A stretch of DNA of 64,000 nt from a virus (IMGVR_UViG_3300045988_142422), one strand, 5' to 3'. Shown: positions 9,762 to 19,940, numbered from the stretch's first letter. Notes: generated by a model not told the origin, from the sequence alone. A program made the numbers and translations.

Positions 9762-10430
9762 ATGACCAAGATCTTTGTGGTTGGCGGCACAAAGGGCGGG
9801 CCTGGCAAATCCACCGTTGCCCAGCAAATTGCCGTTTGCCTGAAAGTCAAAAAGAAGAAGAAGGTTTATATTACCGATATAGATATTCAGCGCACGACAA
9901 CGAGCTGGTGTGAAGACCGTCGACAGAACGAAGACCTTGAGCTGATTCCTTTTGCATACGTTCAGGATGACATCATTAAGCACCTAAAATCGCTTCAGGG
10001 TAGAGCTGAGTTTGTAGTGGTAGATGCTGGTGGCTTCGACTCCGAAATTCAGCGACAAGCGATGCTGATGGCTGACGTTATCATTATCCCGCTGCGTCCT
10101 AAGCGTCGTGATTTGAAATCTTTACGTGACATCGATCCTATTATCGACAATGTTCGCAATGTAAACGATAAAGTGAAGGTCCGCGCGGTCATGAACCAGT
10201 GCCCGGCTTTGCCATCACAAGTGTCTCGCATTCTGGCGGCTAAAGAGATTGTTGAGACGTTTGGAATCGAGTCTGCGCCAGTCAATCTGTATAACCGCAA
10301 CGTCTATGATGATGCGGAAGAGTCTGGTCGTTCTATCTTTGAAATGACCGGTAGCGAGCGCGACAAAAAGGCGGAAGCCGAGTTTGAAGAATTTGTAGAT
10401 TATCTGTTGAGTCTGGAGGAAGAAGAATAA
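9762..10430 (+). CDS. parA: ParA-family partition ATPase
   Basis: Deviant Walker A GGTKGGPGKST near N-terminus, about 220 aa, followed by small partner gene with ATGA-type overlap. Confidence 0.8.
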   Translation: MTKIFVVGGTKGGPGKSTVAQQIAVCLKVKKKKKVYITDIDIQRTTTSWCEDRRQNEDLELIPFAYVQDDIIKHLKSLQGRAEFVVVDAGGFDSEIQRQAMLMADVIIIPLRPKRRDLKSLRDIDPIIDNVRNVNDKVKVRAVMNQCPALPSQVSRILAAKEIVETFGIESAPVNLYNRNVYDDAEESGRSIFEMTGSERDKKAEAEFEEFVDYLLSLEEEE

Positions 10431-10789
10431 TGTCCATGAAAATGGGTGACCTAGCAAAGCGCAAAGAGCCTGATGCACCGGCTAAGAACACAACTCCTTT
10501 GCGCCAACCAGTCAGACCACAGGGACGCCCGACTCGTGGCAAAGAGAAAATTAAAAGCCGCACAATGTCACTGGAGGACGAATACTTCGAACTGCTGGAG
10601 ATGATGAAGTTCATCCCTCGCTTCGAGAAGTTCACTCGTTCTGACGTGATTCGAGCTGCTATTTTCCATCTTGCGGAGAAGACACCGCAGGAAATCGAGG
10701 ACATCGTGAAACTTAACGAGGCGATCACAGCTGCCGACGTAACGATGCGTACCGATGAAATCAAACGCGAGTTGATGAAGAAGAGTTAA
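10430..10789 (+). CDS. Small partition partner protein (ParB/ParG-like centromere-binding candidate)
   Basis: 119 aa basic N-terminus, start overlaps parA stop (TAATG); position and size typical of type Ib partition adaptor; no motif verified. Confidence 0.45.
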   Translation: MSMKMGDLAKRKEPDAPAKNTTPLRQPVRPQGRPTRGKEKIKSRTMSLEDEYFELLEMMKFIPRFEKFTRSDVIRAAIFHLAEKTPQEIEDIVKLNEAITAADVTMRTDEIKRELMKKS

Positions 10790-10827
10790 GAATAAGGCGC
10801 CAGATGGCGCCTATATTTTAAAGTGGT

Positions 10828-11505
10828 TTATTTATTGCCAGACGGTAATACATAGTAGCGGATTGTAGTACCCTCCATTTCAATAACCTTGAATGCAAGG
10901 TTTTTATATTCGACTTTTGTTTTCGCATCGGAAAGAGGCACTGAAAACTCGGTCTTAGTTTCATCTAAACTTGGGTAGCTTTCGGAATAAATAAATTTAA
11001 GGTCGTCGCCACTTTTGCCATTATAAGAAATAGACTGAACAATCTTTTTCTCTACATGGCAGGGGACATTTTGTGCGAATTTTATGGATATTTCGGAGGC
11101 GTCGAACGTCGTAGTGTTGGGAGGAGATATAGTGTTTTTGACCTTGTCATACTTGACGTTATCAGTGTGGCTCACTACCTGCCCTGTAATGGCCTTCAGG
11201 CCAACAGCTTTTGAGTCTTCAAAGTTCCGGTAGACCCCACCACCAACGTGGCAGTAGTTGCCCGCTTTAATCTCAGACATCGAACCAGAAGCGTTACCAA
11301 GAGTGACCATGTCGGTTTTTAACGTGGACACAAACGTGTTATAAACGACAAGGTCACCCATTTTCGCCTTTGACTCTACGTTAGAGGAAGGCAATATTTC
11401 TTGGGTTAGGATTGGTTTTACAGTGGCATTTTGTTGTGGGTTACTTTGTTGCGCGCAACCGGCTAATAATAAAACTAAAAGTGCCGCTGACTTATTCGCC
11501 TTCAT
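10828..11505 (-). CDS. Lipoprotein of unknown function
   Basis: Signal peptide with lipobox MKANKSAALLVLLLAGC; 225 aa. Confidence 0.55.
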   Translation of the reverse strand: MKANKSAALLVLLLAGCAQQSNPQQNATVKPILTQEILPSSNVESKAKMGDLVVYNTFVSTLKTDMVTLGNASGSMSEIKAGNYCHVGGGVYRNFEDSKAVGLKAITGQVVSHTDNVKYDKVKNTISPPNTTTFDASEISIKFAQNVPCHVEKKIVQSISYNGKSGDDLKFIYSESYPSLDETKTEFSVPLSDAKTKVEYKNLAFKVIEMEGTTIRYYVLPSGNK

Positions 11506-11868
11506 TCTTAATTCCCTTTCTACGTGATTGGTACATTGTTTATTTCTGGACGTTTCTTAAGTTGTAGACGCTATTCTGTGTCTGAGTAATCTACAATAAT
11601 TTGTTACACTTAACAATGTTGCAACCGTCTGGCGTGCAGCTGTTTTGAAGTAGATCTTAAGGTTGCATACCATGAGACTAAAAACTAGGTTGGGTTGGTT
11701 TTTGACCTGCTTCCGTATATAAATACTAAGTTACTTATTATTATTTATACGGAAGCAGGTCTTTTATCTGCTGACTTCCCAGATACATTCCCTTCCGTTT
11801 CCACTTCCAAAAACTGCCACCAGTCGCTATCATCCGCTCATCGTGATAAGTAAGTAACTACCTACCAG

Positions 11869-12618
11869 GTGAGCCACATGAGCCAAATCTTTTTCGATAC
11901 CATCGACAACTACCAGTACGACTTCATGACAGAGTGGAATACCGCTGTTATGGACAAGTGGGTCGCTGAAAACATTGGTTTGTCGCGCTGTAAAGATGAG
12001 GCTGAACTCTTCGAGACGAAGTGGTTTGATTACCGCGACATGCATCCTCTGATGGCCACCTGTCTATTTACGGAGACATACAAACGTCAGTACTCAAATA
12101 TCATGCTGACGCACGGTCGCGAACACTTTGAAACAGCTCCGTTCACCACCGGGTTAAAACGCCTGCCTTATCAGGAGTTGTCGACTGCCAATAAAACGTC
12201 GCTATGGAAAGCACGCCAGTTTGCTGACCGCTATTGCTGCTCATACGACTACTTTATCTCCACCGTTCTTTCCGCAGCTGCACGACGGCTGTGGGACAAG
12301 CTGCCGCGCCCACAGCATTTATGGCAGCCAGAGCTGATTGAGATATTCGAAGAGAAATTAGCCAGACGCGCAACAACCCGTCTGGATGACTCTCTCGTTA
12401 GCTTTAAGCATATGGGAGACATGCAGTTCAACCCGATTCAGGAAAGCTATTTTGAGTGGATTCTGGAGCGTTTACGCACCATCCCCCGCAGCAAGCGCAT
12501 ACGCGCAATTTTCTCCGCTATCTGGCTAATGGAAATCGTTCCAGAGCGCCTTATTTCCGCCCACTTTCCAGAAGAACTGGAAGAAGCACGGCGGTTTATT
12601 GATCCCCTATCTAATTAA
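11869..12618 (+). CDS. Hypothetical protein (upstream of replicative helicase)
   Basis: 249 aa ORF, GTG start at 11869 or ATG at 11878; motif B copy (11845-11866) immediately upstream. Confidence 0.5.
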   Translation: MSHMSQIFFDTIDNYQYDFMTEWNTAVMDKWVAENIGLSRCKDEAELFETKWFDYRDMHPLMATCLFTETYKRQYSNIMLTHGREHFETAPFTTGLKRLPYQELSTANKTSLWKARQFADRYCCSYDYFISTVLSAAARRLWDKLPRPQHLWQPELIEIFEEKLARRATTRLDDSLVSFKHMGDMQFNPIQESYFEWILERLRTIPRSKRIRAIFSAIWLMEIVPERLISAHFPEELEEARRFIDPLSN

Positions 12619-12629
12619 CTAATACTAGA

Positions 12630-12642
12630 AAACAATTTGTTT
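12630..12642. promoter_or_regulatory. Palindromic motif A copy (AAACAATTTGTTT) upstream of helicase gene
   Basis: Perfect inverted repeat 19 nt upstream of ATG 12662. Confidence 0.4.
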
Positions 12643-12661
12643 AAAAAACAAAGGAAAGCAC

Positions 12662-14002
12662 ATGACCGAACTTTGCCATACAGGACGCGGGCTGTCCGAA
12701 GAGTTTGATGAAGATTTTCAGAACAGATTGACGGCCTATTTTTGTCGTGATCACGAGTTTCTTACTCGTGCTGGAGATCTGGTTGTACCTAGCCAATTTG
12801 CCAATGCGGCCAATGCCATATTGGTTAATATGGTTTCGGGCTATTACCGTATGTACAAGAGCGCGCCCTCTTCATCTGCAATTCTGGATATGCTTAAGCG
12901 TGCGAAACGCGATAAGACTATCCGTGAGGAACTATTCGCCGATGTTGTTGCTGCGTTTAAGCGCATCCTTGCAGAAAAATTGTCCGATACCTCGTACATG
13001 GTTGACCAGGTATCAACCTTCGCAAAAAGCGTAGCGTTTGATGATGCTCTGATTAAGGCTGCTGAACTGAAAGAGAAGGGCGACTTTCAGGGGGCGATGG
13101 CAATCATGGCCAAGGTTCAGCAGATAGGCTCGAACGAAGCAACCGGAATCTATGACTACTACACCTCAGCAAGTGAGCGACTGAAAGCGCGTGAATATGA
13201 GGCCTCAGAGGAGTATGTGCCAAACAGCATTACAACTGGACTCCCTCTGCTCGATAGGTTGCTGTACCAAAAAGGCTGGGCGAAGCGTGAAATGGTGCTC
13301 TTCATGGGGTTCGCTAAATCCGGTAAATCGACCGCAATGGGTGAGTTTTCCATAAACGCAACGCTTGCTGGCTACAATGTTCTGTATCTCTCGCTGGAGG
13401 TTCACACCACCATTTTATCCGACCGTTTTGATGCAAGATTGTCGGAGACGGAAATGTCCAAGTTGGTGGAACGGCGCGATGAAGTTCATCGTAAGTTGGC
13501 AGAGTTGGGAGCCTCTAAGGGGATTGGTAGTTTGTGGGTTGTTGAGCGTCCGTCAGGAAGTATGTCACCGGCAGATCTGGACCGTATGCTTAACAGCATG
13601 AAAGCCAACGGCATGGTGCCTGACATGGTTGTTGTCGACTACGCAGATTTGATGCGTGCCAGTTATGACCTTCGTGATGATCGCGCCAACATACGTAGTA
13701 TCTATACCGACTTACGTGCTCTTTATGACAAACACAACGTTGCTGGTATCACAGCATCGCAAACAAACCGTGAAGGTGGCGCGTCAGAAGTTGCCACAAT
13801 GATGCACGCTGCCGACAACATCGAAAAAGTACGTATTGCTGACCTGGTAATAACGATCAACAAAACAGAAGAAGAAGAAGCGAAAGGAGAGGCTCGTCTC
13901 TACTTTGCTGGTTCACGTAACCAGCAGGGAGGGATCAGCATTCGCGTTAAACAAAACCTCGAACAAATGCGCTTCATTGAGCGAATCTTAGACGTTACCT
14001 AA
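12662..14002 (+). CDS. DnaB-family replicative DNA helicase
   Basis: Walker A GFAKSGKST, Walker B VVVDYADLM, motif SQTNREG; 446 aa. Confidence 0.8.
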   Translation: MTELCHTGRGLSEEFDEDFQNRLTAYFCRDHEFLTRAGDLVVPSQFANAANAILVNMVSGYYRMYKSAPSSSAILDMLKRAKRDKTIREELFADVVAAFKRILAEKLSDTSYMVDQVSTFAKSVAFDDALIKAAELKEKGDFQGAMAIMAKVQQIGSNEATGIYDYYTSASERLKAREYEASEEYVPNSITTGLPLLDRLLYQKGWAKREMVLFMGFAKSGKSTAMGEFSINATLAGYNVLYLSLEVHTTILSDRFDARLSETEMSKLVERRDEVHRKLAELGASKGIGSLWVVERPSGSMSPADLDRMLNSMKANGMVPDMVVVDYADLMRASYDLRDDRANIRSIYTDLRALYDKHNVAGITASQTNREGGASEVATMMHAADNIEKVRIADLVITINKTEEEEAKGEARLYFAGSRNQQGGISIRVKQNLEQMRFIERILDVT

Positions 14003-14009
14003 AAAATAA

Positions 14010-14040
14010 GCGTGGAGAACGCCTCCACGCTTGATTCATT
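14010..14040 (+). terminator. Hairpin terminator candidate after helicase gene
   Basis: 8-bp stem GCGTGGAG/CTCCACGC with 5-nt loop followed by U-rich TTGATTCATT. Confidence 0.4.
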
Positions 14041-14149
14041 GGTGAAACAACTTTTCTTTTGCCAAACCACAAAAGAAAAACACATGAGCCTTTATGTTAT
14101 ATCAACATTTAGGTTGGTCACAATATTGCCTATTAAAAGTTGAATTATC

Positions 14150-15262
14150 GTGAGCGAGCTGAAAGAGCTAATTACCGAATTAGATTTTGAACAATGGTTG
14201 GACACTGAAGGTATCGTTTATCGACGTGGAGGCGTGAGTGCTCGCGGTCGTGAAGTGAATATCAAGGAGTGTCCGGTATGCGGCAGCTCCAACTGGAAGG
14301 TATATTTCAATCTGACCAGTGGCGTCGGTAAATGCTTCGCTGGTGATCATCCCGAAGAGATTCAGTTCAATAAGCTGGTCTTCCTCAAGCACTACAGCGG
14401 CAAATCACGACGACAGTTCGAGGAATATGTGCAGAACGCCCTTCTTTCCCAGGGGTGGGCACCAAAGAAAGAAGAGATAGTGCTTGCAAGCACAGTCGAG
14501 TTAGAGGGACCACTTGCACTCCCTCGTCATTACGAACTTCCTATAGATGGCCGTCTTCCAGACTATCTGGTTGAACGAAACATATCGCCTGAAATGGCAA
14601 AGTATTTTGACCTACGATACTGCGTCGAAGGTAAGCACGCCTATGTAGATCCGTATACAGATCAGGTTAAAGGACAGATATTCGATATGCGAATACTGAT
14701 ACCGGTTTACGATCTGGATGGGGTAATGAAGACATTTCAGGGACGAGACATTACCGGTACAGCAGAACGCCGCTACCTCTTTCCTATGCAGCTTCCAGCT
14801 TCAGGTAAGTTTCTCTACAACGGCCATAATGCAGTCGGCAAACAGACTGTAGTTGTCTGTGAGGGGGCGTTCGATGTTATGGGGGTTAAACGAGCTATTT
14901 TTGACGAAGAAACATTACGTGATTACGTGGAACCAATAGGAACGTTCGGGATGCATCTATCTGGTAACACCACTCAGGATGCAGAAGATCAGTTAGGCGC
15001 GTTCCTGACGCTCAAGGCGCGTGGGTTACGTAATGTGATCATGATGTGGGATAGTGAAAAGCAAGCTATACGTAATACGATGGCCGCAGCCAGGCGACTG
15101 ACCAGTATTGGTCTTAATGTCAAAGTGGCGTGTTTGGGCGAGGAAGGACTCGACCCGGGCGATGCAACGCCAGAGCAAATCATCAAAGCCTATTATCGGG
15201 CAAAACCGTATACCAAGCAGTTGGAGTTACAAAGCAAGGTTTTGGGCATTAAGGCTCTATGA
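14150..15262 (+). CDS. DNA primase (zinc-finger plus TOPRIM)
   Basis: GTG start; zinc-binding CPVCGSSNW...C; TOPRIM-like VVVCEGAFDVMG. Confidence 0.7.
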   Translation: MSELKELITELDFEQWLDTEGIVYRRGGVSARGREVNIKECPVCGSSNWKVYFNLTSGVGKCFAGDHPEEIQFNKLVFLKHYSGKSRRQFEEYVQNALLSQGWAPKKEEIVLASTVELEGPLALPRHYELPIDGRLPDYLVERNISPEMAKYFDLRYCVEGKHAYVDPYTDQVKGQIFDMRILIPVYDLDGVMKTFQGRDITGTAERRYLFPMQLPASGKFLYNGHNAVGKQTVVVCEGAFDVMGVKRAIFDEETLRDYVEPIGTFGMHLSGNTTQDAEDQLGAFLTLKARGLRNVIMMWDSEKQAIRNTMAAARRLTSIGLNVKVACLGEEGLDPGDATPEQIIKAYYRAKPYTKQLELQSKVLGIKAL

Positions 15263-15340
15263 TAACAATCACCTTTAAAATAAGTAGATGATTACTTATC
15301 TTTCTGTGAGAATACTTTCATCTGTTAGCTAGGAGTTGGT

Positions 15341-16117
15341 ATGAAAGACGAAATTCAGAAATTAGCCTGCGACATCATTGATAAAACTGGTTTAGAAATC
15401 AGCGAGAGCAATCGGCTAGACATCATTGAAAAAGCCGTAAAAACAGCAATGGATCATATCGCCACTCGTTTGGTCGAGATCCCGCTACCAGGGCTACCTT
15501 ATCTGAAAGTTGAGTTACACGTATGGGGTGAATCTTCTTGTTCACGGCGTTCTGCATTAGTTGTTTTTATTAGCAAAGAAAACCCGCTCAGTCTTAAAGT
15601 GCAGGTTGGTGCATGGATGGATGGAAAAGTGATCTACACAAATACCGTTTTTTGTCTTTCAAACGACGAAACTATTGAAGCGGCCATTCAAGAAGCAGTT
15701 CTAGCAATGCGCAGCAGCGGTTTGATGAAGAATAACTACGAAGAGTACTTGCGTTCGATAAGTGGTGAAAAGACATTATCTCTGAAAGCAGATTTCGTTA
15801 CCCCGAAAAATCTGTTGGAAGTCTTGCTTAATAAAGGGGCTAATGATGCCGTAAATGTAATCAGAGAGAGTGAGTATGCGTCTCTTTGCGACATGTGCAA
15901 AAGCCAGTTGGATCTGGTGCATATCGTTATTGATGCTGGGAAGGCATGTGATGGCGTAATGGCGGAATTTGCTTGGAAGGTGGTCAGGATTGCTAACGAA
16001 TTACCGATGATAGAGCAAGAGGCCAAATCATACGCCACCAATCATGTCACAGAGCTTCTTGTCCCCTATCGCTTAGAAAGCAATCAGCGCAAGATGGTTA
16101 GCTGGGGAAGTTGGTAA
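15341..16117 (+). CDS. Hypothetical protein
   Basis: 258 aa ORF between primase and ligase; motif B copy at 15280-15299 upstream. Confidence 0.5.
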   Translation: MKDEIQKLACDIIDKTGLEISESNRLDIIEKAVKTAMDHIATRLVEIPLPGLPYLKVELHVWGESSCSRRSALVVFISKENPLSLKVQVGAWMDGKVIYTNTVFCLSNDETIEAAIQEAVLAMRSSGLMKNNYEEYLRSISGEKTLSLKADFVTPKNLLEVLLNKGANDAVNVIRESEYASLCDMCKSQLDLVHIVIDAGKACDGVMAEFAWKVVRIANELPMIEQEAKSYATNHVTELLVPYRLESNQRKMVSWGSW

Positions 16118-16172
16118 TCTCTCCGCGCGTCGTTTTTTACGCAAATAACGATAGGTAAGTACAAGATTATTT

Positions 16173-16655
16173 ATGGCGGTAGTTGTGAAAGCTGATTTGT
16201 CAAAAATCCCTTCTATTTCAGGAAATAACGGTTATTCACTTCGTTGTGAGGAAGTAAAGATAAACGGTGAGTCGGCATATTGCAGCTATTCCGTTTGCCA
16301 GCACACCATTCTTGCCTTCAAAGAAAACCGTCTTCCTCGAACTTCTTTCCAGTCGTGCGCAACCGCTATTAAAGCAGGCAAATGCAAGGCGTTAAAAATG
16401 ATGGTTGAAGAGATTCGTAAAGGAGAATCTCTGTATTTCGAAGATATGACCGCGCTCATTAAGGAGGTTGAAGAACGGAATAAACAAGCCAGAACTATAA
16501 AACGAAAACGTGACAGTGTAACGATTAATAGCATGGTTAAGAAGAGCACCACATCACAAACAGCGATCACTGACGTGTATGCGGCGTTGCTTGAAGAAAC
16601 AACAAAAGAAACACATGAGCAAATCGATCAACATATGGAGGTAAAACAACAATGA
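16173..16655 (+). CDS. Hypothetical protein
   Basis: 160 aa ORF; stop overlaps ligase start. Confidence 0.5.
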   Translation: MAVVVKADLSKIPSISGNNGYSLRCEEVKINGESAYCSYSVCQHTILAFKENRLPRTSFQSCATAIKAGKCKALKMMVEEIRKGESLYFEDMTALIKEVEERNKQARTIKRKRDSVTINSMVKKSTTSQTAITDVYAALLEETTKETHEQIDQHMEVKQQ

Positions 16656-17974
16656 AAAAGTTGATCGCACTTAAGCATAAGCTGGACGAAATGAAAGCTA
16701 TGGGAACCAATGCAAAAAAAGAGGCATTGGCCAACATGGATGACTTCGAGCAAAGCATGGTTTCATTGATGCTCAACCCTTTCATCCGTTTTGGGGTAAA
16801 GAAATACAAAGTGGCAGAGCCGCTTAGTGAGTCCATCCCAAGTGACGAAAAAGCCATTGATGTACTGAATAAGCTGGCCTCTCGCGAGCTAACGGGGAAC
16901 GCAGCAATAGCAGCTGTTGAGTCTATCGTGGCGTCAATGTGCGCCGATGGGCAGGACGTGTTCCGTCGTTTCCTCTTAAAAGACCCGAAAGCAGGTGTTG
17001 GGATTAGCCTATGCAACAAGGTTTTTGAAAATCCCATTCCGAAATTCGAGGTGCAGCTGGCGTCACCGTATAAAGAAAAAGGCGACAAATACCCCTTCAA
17101 GCCAAATCCTAAAGCAAAATGGCCGATGATTGGCAGTCTTAAGCTCGATGGTTTGCGAGTAATTTGCGAGGTTATTGTTGACGAGGAAGAGGTTAACTTC
17201 CTTTCTCGTACTGGTAATCCAATCACGTCTCTCGATCACCTAAAGCCAGCAATGCTCGAATTAGGCAAACTTTCAGGCCACAAACACATCTTCTTCGATG
17301 GTGAAGGAACAGCAGGTTCATTTAACCAGTCCGTATCTGCATTGCGCAAAAAGAACGTGCAGGCAATTGGCGCTATTTATCATGTTTTCGACTTCTTCCT
17401 ACCGGAATGGCGAGCACAGGCTAAATCCAAAGAGTATGCAAAGACAGGTATGAAGCTGAAAGAGCGCCTGGCTATGCTGGTGGCGTTGTTCAAAAACGAT
17501 CGCAGTGAAGGCTACACACAAGACATTCACCTGCATCCGTTCTATATCATCCATAGCCACGAAGACTTCATCGAACGCTTCATGAAACGCCTGGACGATA
17601 ACGAAGAAGGGGAGATGGGCAAAGATCCGAACTCTGTTTACGAGTTTAAACGTACCCGCAGCTGGTGGAAGTTAAAAGACGAAGATTCAGAAGATGGTGA
17701 AATTATCGACTTTGAGCCGGGCGACCCGGACTCTGGTTTTGCCAATACACTTGGAAAAATTGTTATTCGTCTTGAAAACGGCGTCATCGTTCGTGCGGGC
17801 GGCATTAAGCATAAATATCTGGATGAGATCTGGAACAACAAAGAGAAGTACCGTGGTCGTATTGTCGAGGTTCATTGTCACGAGAAAACACCGGACGGCA
17901 GCTTACGCCACCCACGACTGAAATGGCCGCGTTGCTTACGCGATACAGAAGATCGAATCGGAGATAAAGAATGA
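16652..17974 (+). CDS. ATP-dependent DNA ligase
   Basis: Motif I KLDGLR (KxDG), motif III-like FFDGEG; 440 aa. Confidence 0.75.
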   Translation: MKKLIALKHKLDEMKAMGTNAKKEALANMDDFEQSMVSLMLNPFIRFGVKKYKVAEPLSESIPSDEKAIDVLNKLASRELTGNAAIAAVESIVASMCADGQDVFRRFLLKDPKAGVGISLCNKVFENPIPKFEVQLASPYKEKGDKYPFKPNPKAKWPMIGSLKLDGLRVICEVIVDEEEVNFLSRTGNPITSLDHLKPAMLELGKLSGHKHIFFDGEGTAGSFNQSVSALRKKNVQAIGAIYHVFDFFLPEWRAQAKSKEYAKTGMKLKERLAMLVALFKNDRSEGYTQDIHLHPFYIIHSHEDFIERFMKRLDDNEEGEMGKDPNSVYEFKRTRSWWKLKDEDSEDGEIIDFEPGDPDSGFANTLGKIVIRLENGVIVRAGGIKHKYLDEIWNNKEKYRGRIVEVHCHEKTPDGSLRHPRLKWPRCLRDTEDRIGDKE

Positions 17975-18150
17975 TGCTCGGCTGGATGATTGCATTTTTA
18001 GCAGTTGGTTTTTTCATAGGTATTGTGGTGATGTCCAGTTGCATCAATGACTACATTAAAAGCGGTGTTATAGAAAGACGCGGTCGTATTTATCGCATTG
18101 TAGAAATAACCAACACCCTGAAGGAGATTAAGGATGATCGTATTAAGTAA
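17971..18150 (+). CDS. Small membrane protein (59 aa), translationally coupled to ligase
   Basis: ATGATG start overlaps ligase stop; RBS GGAG; TM segment MLGWMIAFLAVGFFIGIVVM; paralogous to the 18346 ORF. Confidence 0.45.
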   Translation: MMLGWMIAFLAVGFFIGIVVMSSCINDYIKSGVIERRGRIYRIVEITNTLKEIKDDRIK

Positions 18151-18349
18151 ACGGGAGAAGGAAACGCTTCATGAAATCAGTAAGTGGCCGGAGTTCCCTG
18201 AGTACTGGAAGCCTAAAACGCGAGCTAAGTTAGAGCGTTTAGGGTTGGTTGCAAACGTTTCTGAAACGTGGTGTTCGGCCAACTACCAGTTAACTGATAA
18301 AGGGAAAGTATTGCTACAGCAATTAGTAGAATCAGGAGTGTTAAAATGA
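18134..18349 (+). CDS. Hypothetical small soluble protein
   Basis: 71 aa; start overlaps previous small ORF. Confidence 0.45.
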   Translation: MIVLSKREKETLHEISKWPEFPEYWKPKTRAKLERLGLVANVSETWCSANYQLTDKGKVLLQQLVESGVLK

Positions 18350-18498
18350 TTCCATACATCTCATTAGCTTTTATGGGTGGCTTCCTTATCGGCTTCGGCA
18401 TCTGTCGTGATTTAATTAAGCAGGAACTTAAAACCAAAACACTGTGCATCGGAAAGCGTGTGTATCGGGTAGTTCATGAAACAAAGGTGAAAAAATGA
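18346..18498 (+). CDS. Small membrane protein (50 aa), paralogue of the 17971 ORF
   Basis: ATGA overlap with previous stop, RBS AGGAG; TM then GKRVYRVVHET tail resembling GRIYRIVEIT of the 17971 ORF. Confidence 0.45.
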   Translation: MIPYISLAFMGGFLIGFGICRDLIKQELKTKTLCIGKRVYRVVHETKVKK

Positions 18499-18785
18499 GC
18501 AATTTAACTTCTTGGGAATGGTGGTTGGCCACCTATTTCTTAGCGGCCGGAGTCGCATTCGCCTTTTACGTAGGTCAGTTAGTCGTAAAACTGTTGCTGA
18601 TTAAATTTGCTAGTCATAAACGTATCGATGATGGTCTGTGGCGTCTTGGCACCCTGGTGGAAACTCGCTACGGGCAACTTAAGGAGAACGAAACCATTAC
18701 TATCCAAGCGAAACGATTCACTGCCACCATTACAAGAACACCTAGTCGTAGAGTGGCCTTGATCAAAAAAGTCACAACCGAATAA
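18495..18785 (+). CDS. Small membrane protein
   Basis: 96 aa; N-terminal TM WWLATYFLAAGVAFAFYVG; ATGA overlap with upstream ORF. Confidence 0.5.
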   Translation: MSNLTSWEWWLATYFLAAGVAFAFYVGQLVVKLLLIKFASHKRIDDGLWRLGTLVETRYGQLKENETITIQAKRFTATITRTPSRRVALIKKVTTE

Positions 18786-18794
18786 AAACATATT

Positions 18795-18816
18795 GATAAG
18801 TATTTACTTACTTATC
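18795..18816. promoter_or_regulatory. Palindromic motif B copy (GATAAGTATTTACTTACTTATC)
   Basis: 8-bp arms GATAAGTA/TACTTATC around TTTACT. Confidence 0.45.
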
Positions 18817-19175
18817 TTTTGTGTATAAGATGACTTTGTTTTCGTTGAGACGCGACTGTTTGAACTTAAATACAAGTGCAAACGAAGAAGTCTATCTGGC
18901 AGTAGCCTAATAAGCCAAACACCAGCGAGGTCAGTTTCCAGCCTCGTTACCGAAATGGGACACACTGAGCGAGTGTGATTGCAGAACGCAGGAGGGAACA
19001 TTCATGTTCCCTCCGATGAAGTAACAGAATGGGCGGTTGGTATATTTTCAACTCCATATGACTCCCGGATTCTTAGCCACTGACCGCCCATCCTGTTACG
19101 TCATTTTGTTCAATTATGTCGTTTATACTGGGTTAAAAAGCGGCGACGTAGCCCGGCTGGTATGGTTAGCCAGCA

Positions 19176-19297
19176 CACAACGTTGAGGCCATTACATTTT
19201 TATCAATTCTAAGGTTCTATTCACAGAGATACCGGCGAGCGTTGATATGTAACATGTTGGGCAAACATTCAATCGGAGTAGTGGCCTCAACGTTGTG
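19176..19297. other. Long hairpin: 16-bp perfect inverted repeat CACAACGTTGAGGCCA separated by about 90 nt
   Basis: Arms at 19176-19191 and 19282-19297 are exact reverse complements; upstream of tRNA pair. Confidence 0.6.
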
Positions 19298-19563
19298 AAG
19301 ACAGGATTGTTGTGTAGGTTTAACCACTGTTGCCATTGGTGCCTGTTTTCACAACAAATGATTCCATACATCACATTGTATAAATTACAAAGTAGGTGCT
19401 GTCCTCAGAAACATCATCTACTTAAAGAGTTTGCCTTCTACTATTGAGCGAAGTCGAAAGCGTCTGGCACTAACGAAAAGTGCAAGTAGCGGTGCGTTTC
19501 CTGGCAGAAACTAAACCGTCGCGATTGGCACTGTTGAGTAATAAATACAGGCAGTGCTGAATT

Positions 19564-19638
19564 GATGGTGTAGCTCAGCGGTAGAGCAGTTGGCTGTTAA
19601 CCAACTGGTCGGTGGTTCGAATCCACCCACCATCGCCA
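19564..19638 (+). tRNA. tRNA-Asn (anticodon GTT)
   Basis: Cloverleaf by eye: acceptor GATGGTG/CACCATC, D-arm GCTC/GAGC, anticodon loop CTGTTAA, T-loop GGTTCGAATCC, 3' GCCA. Confidence 0.85.
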
Positions 19639-19640
19639 AT

Positions 19641-19716
19641 GCCGGTTTAGCTCAGTTGGTAGAGCGCCTGCCTTGTAAGCAGGATGTCAGCGGTTCGAGT
19701 CCGTTAACCGGCACCA
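19641..19716 (+). tRNA. tRNA-Thr (anticodon TGT)
   Basis: Acceptor GCCGGTT/AACCGGC, anticodon loop CTTGTAA, T-loop TTCGAGT, 3' ACCA; 2 nt after tRNA-Asn. Confidence 0.85.
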
Positions 19717-19786
19717 ATACAACGATAAGATCATTACGGTTAATCGTCGTTCATGTGCACAATGACTGGTCGAAAGGTAGTGATCT

Positions 19787-19938
19787 TACCGTTGTGGTGG
19801 ATTCGCAGACTGATGCGATAGCTTTCTTGGATGTTAGGGAAATGCGGCCGCAAATCTTCCCTTTCGCGAGCGGTGATCGTCCGTAGTCCTAATTGGCTGC
19901 ACCGTATGCCGGAGATTCAGTACCGGCCACCACAACGG
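19787..19938. other. Long-range inverted repeat (12 bp CCGTTGTGGTGG / CCACCACAACGG) enclosing about 126 nt
   Basis: Arms 19787-19800 and 19927-19938; second arm ends 2 nt before tRNA-Ser. Confidence 0.5.
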
Positions 19939-19940
19939 CC

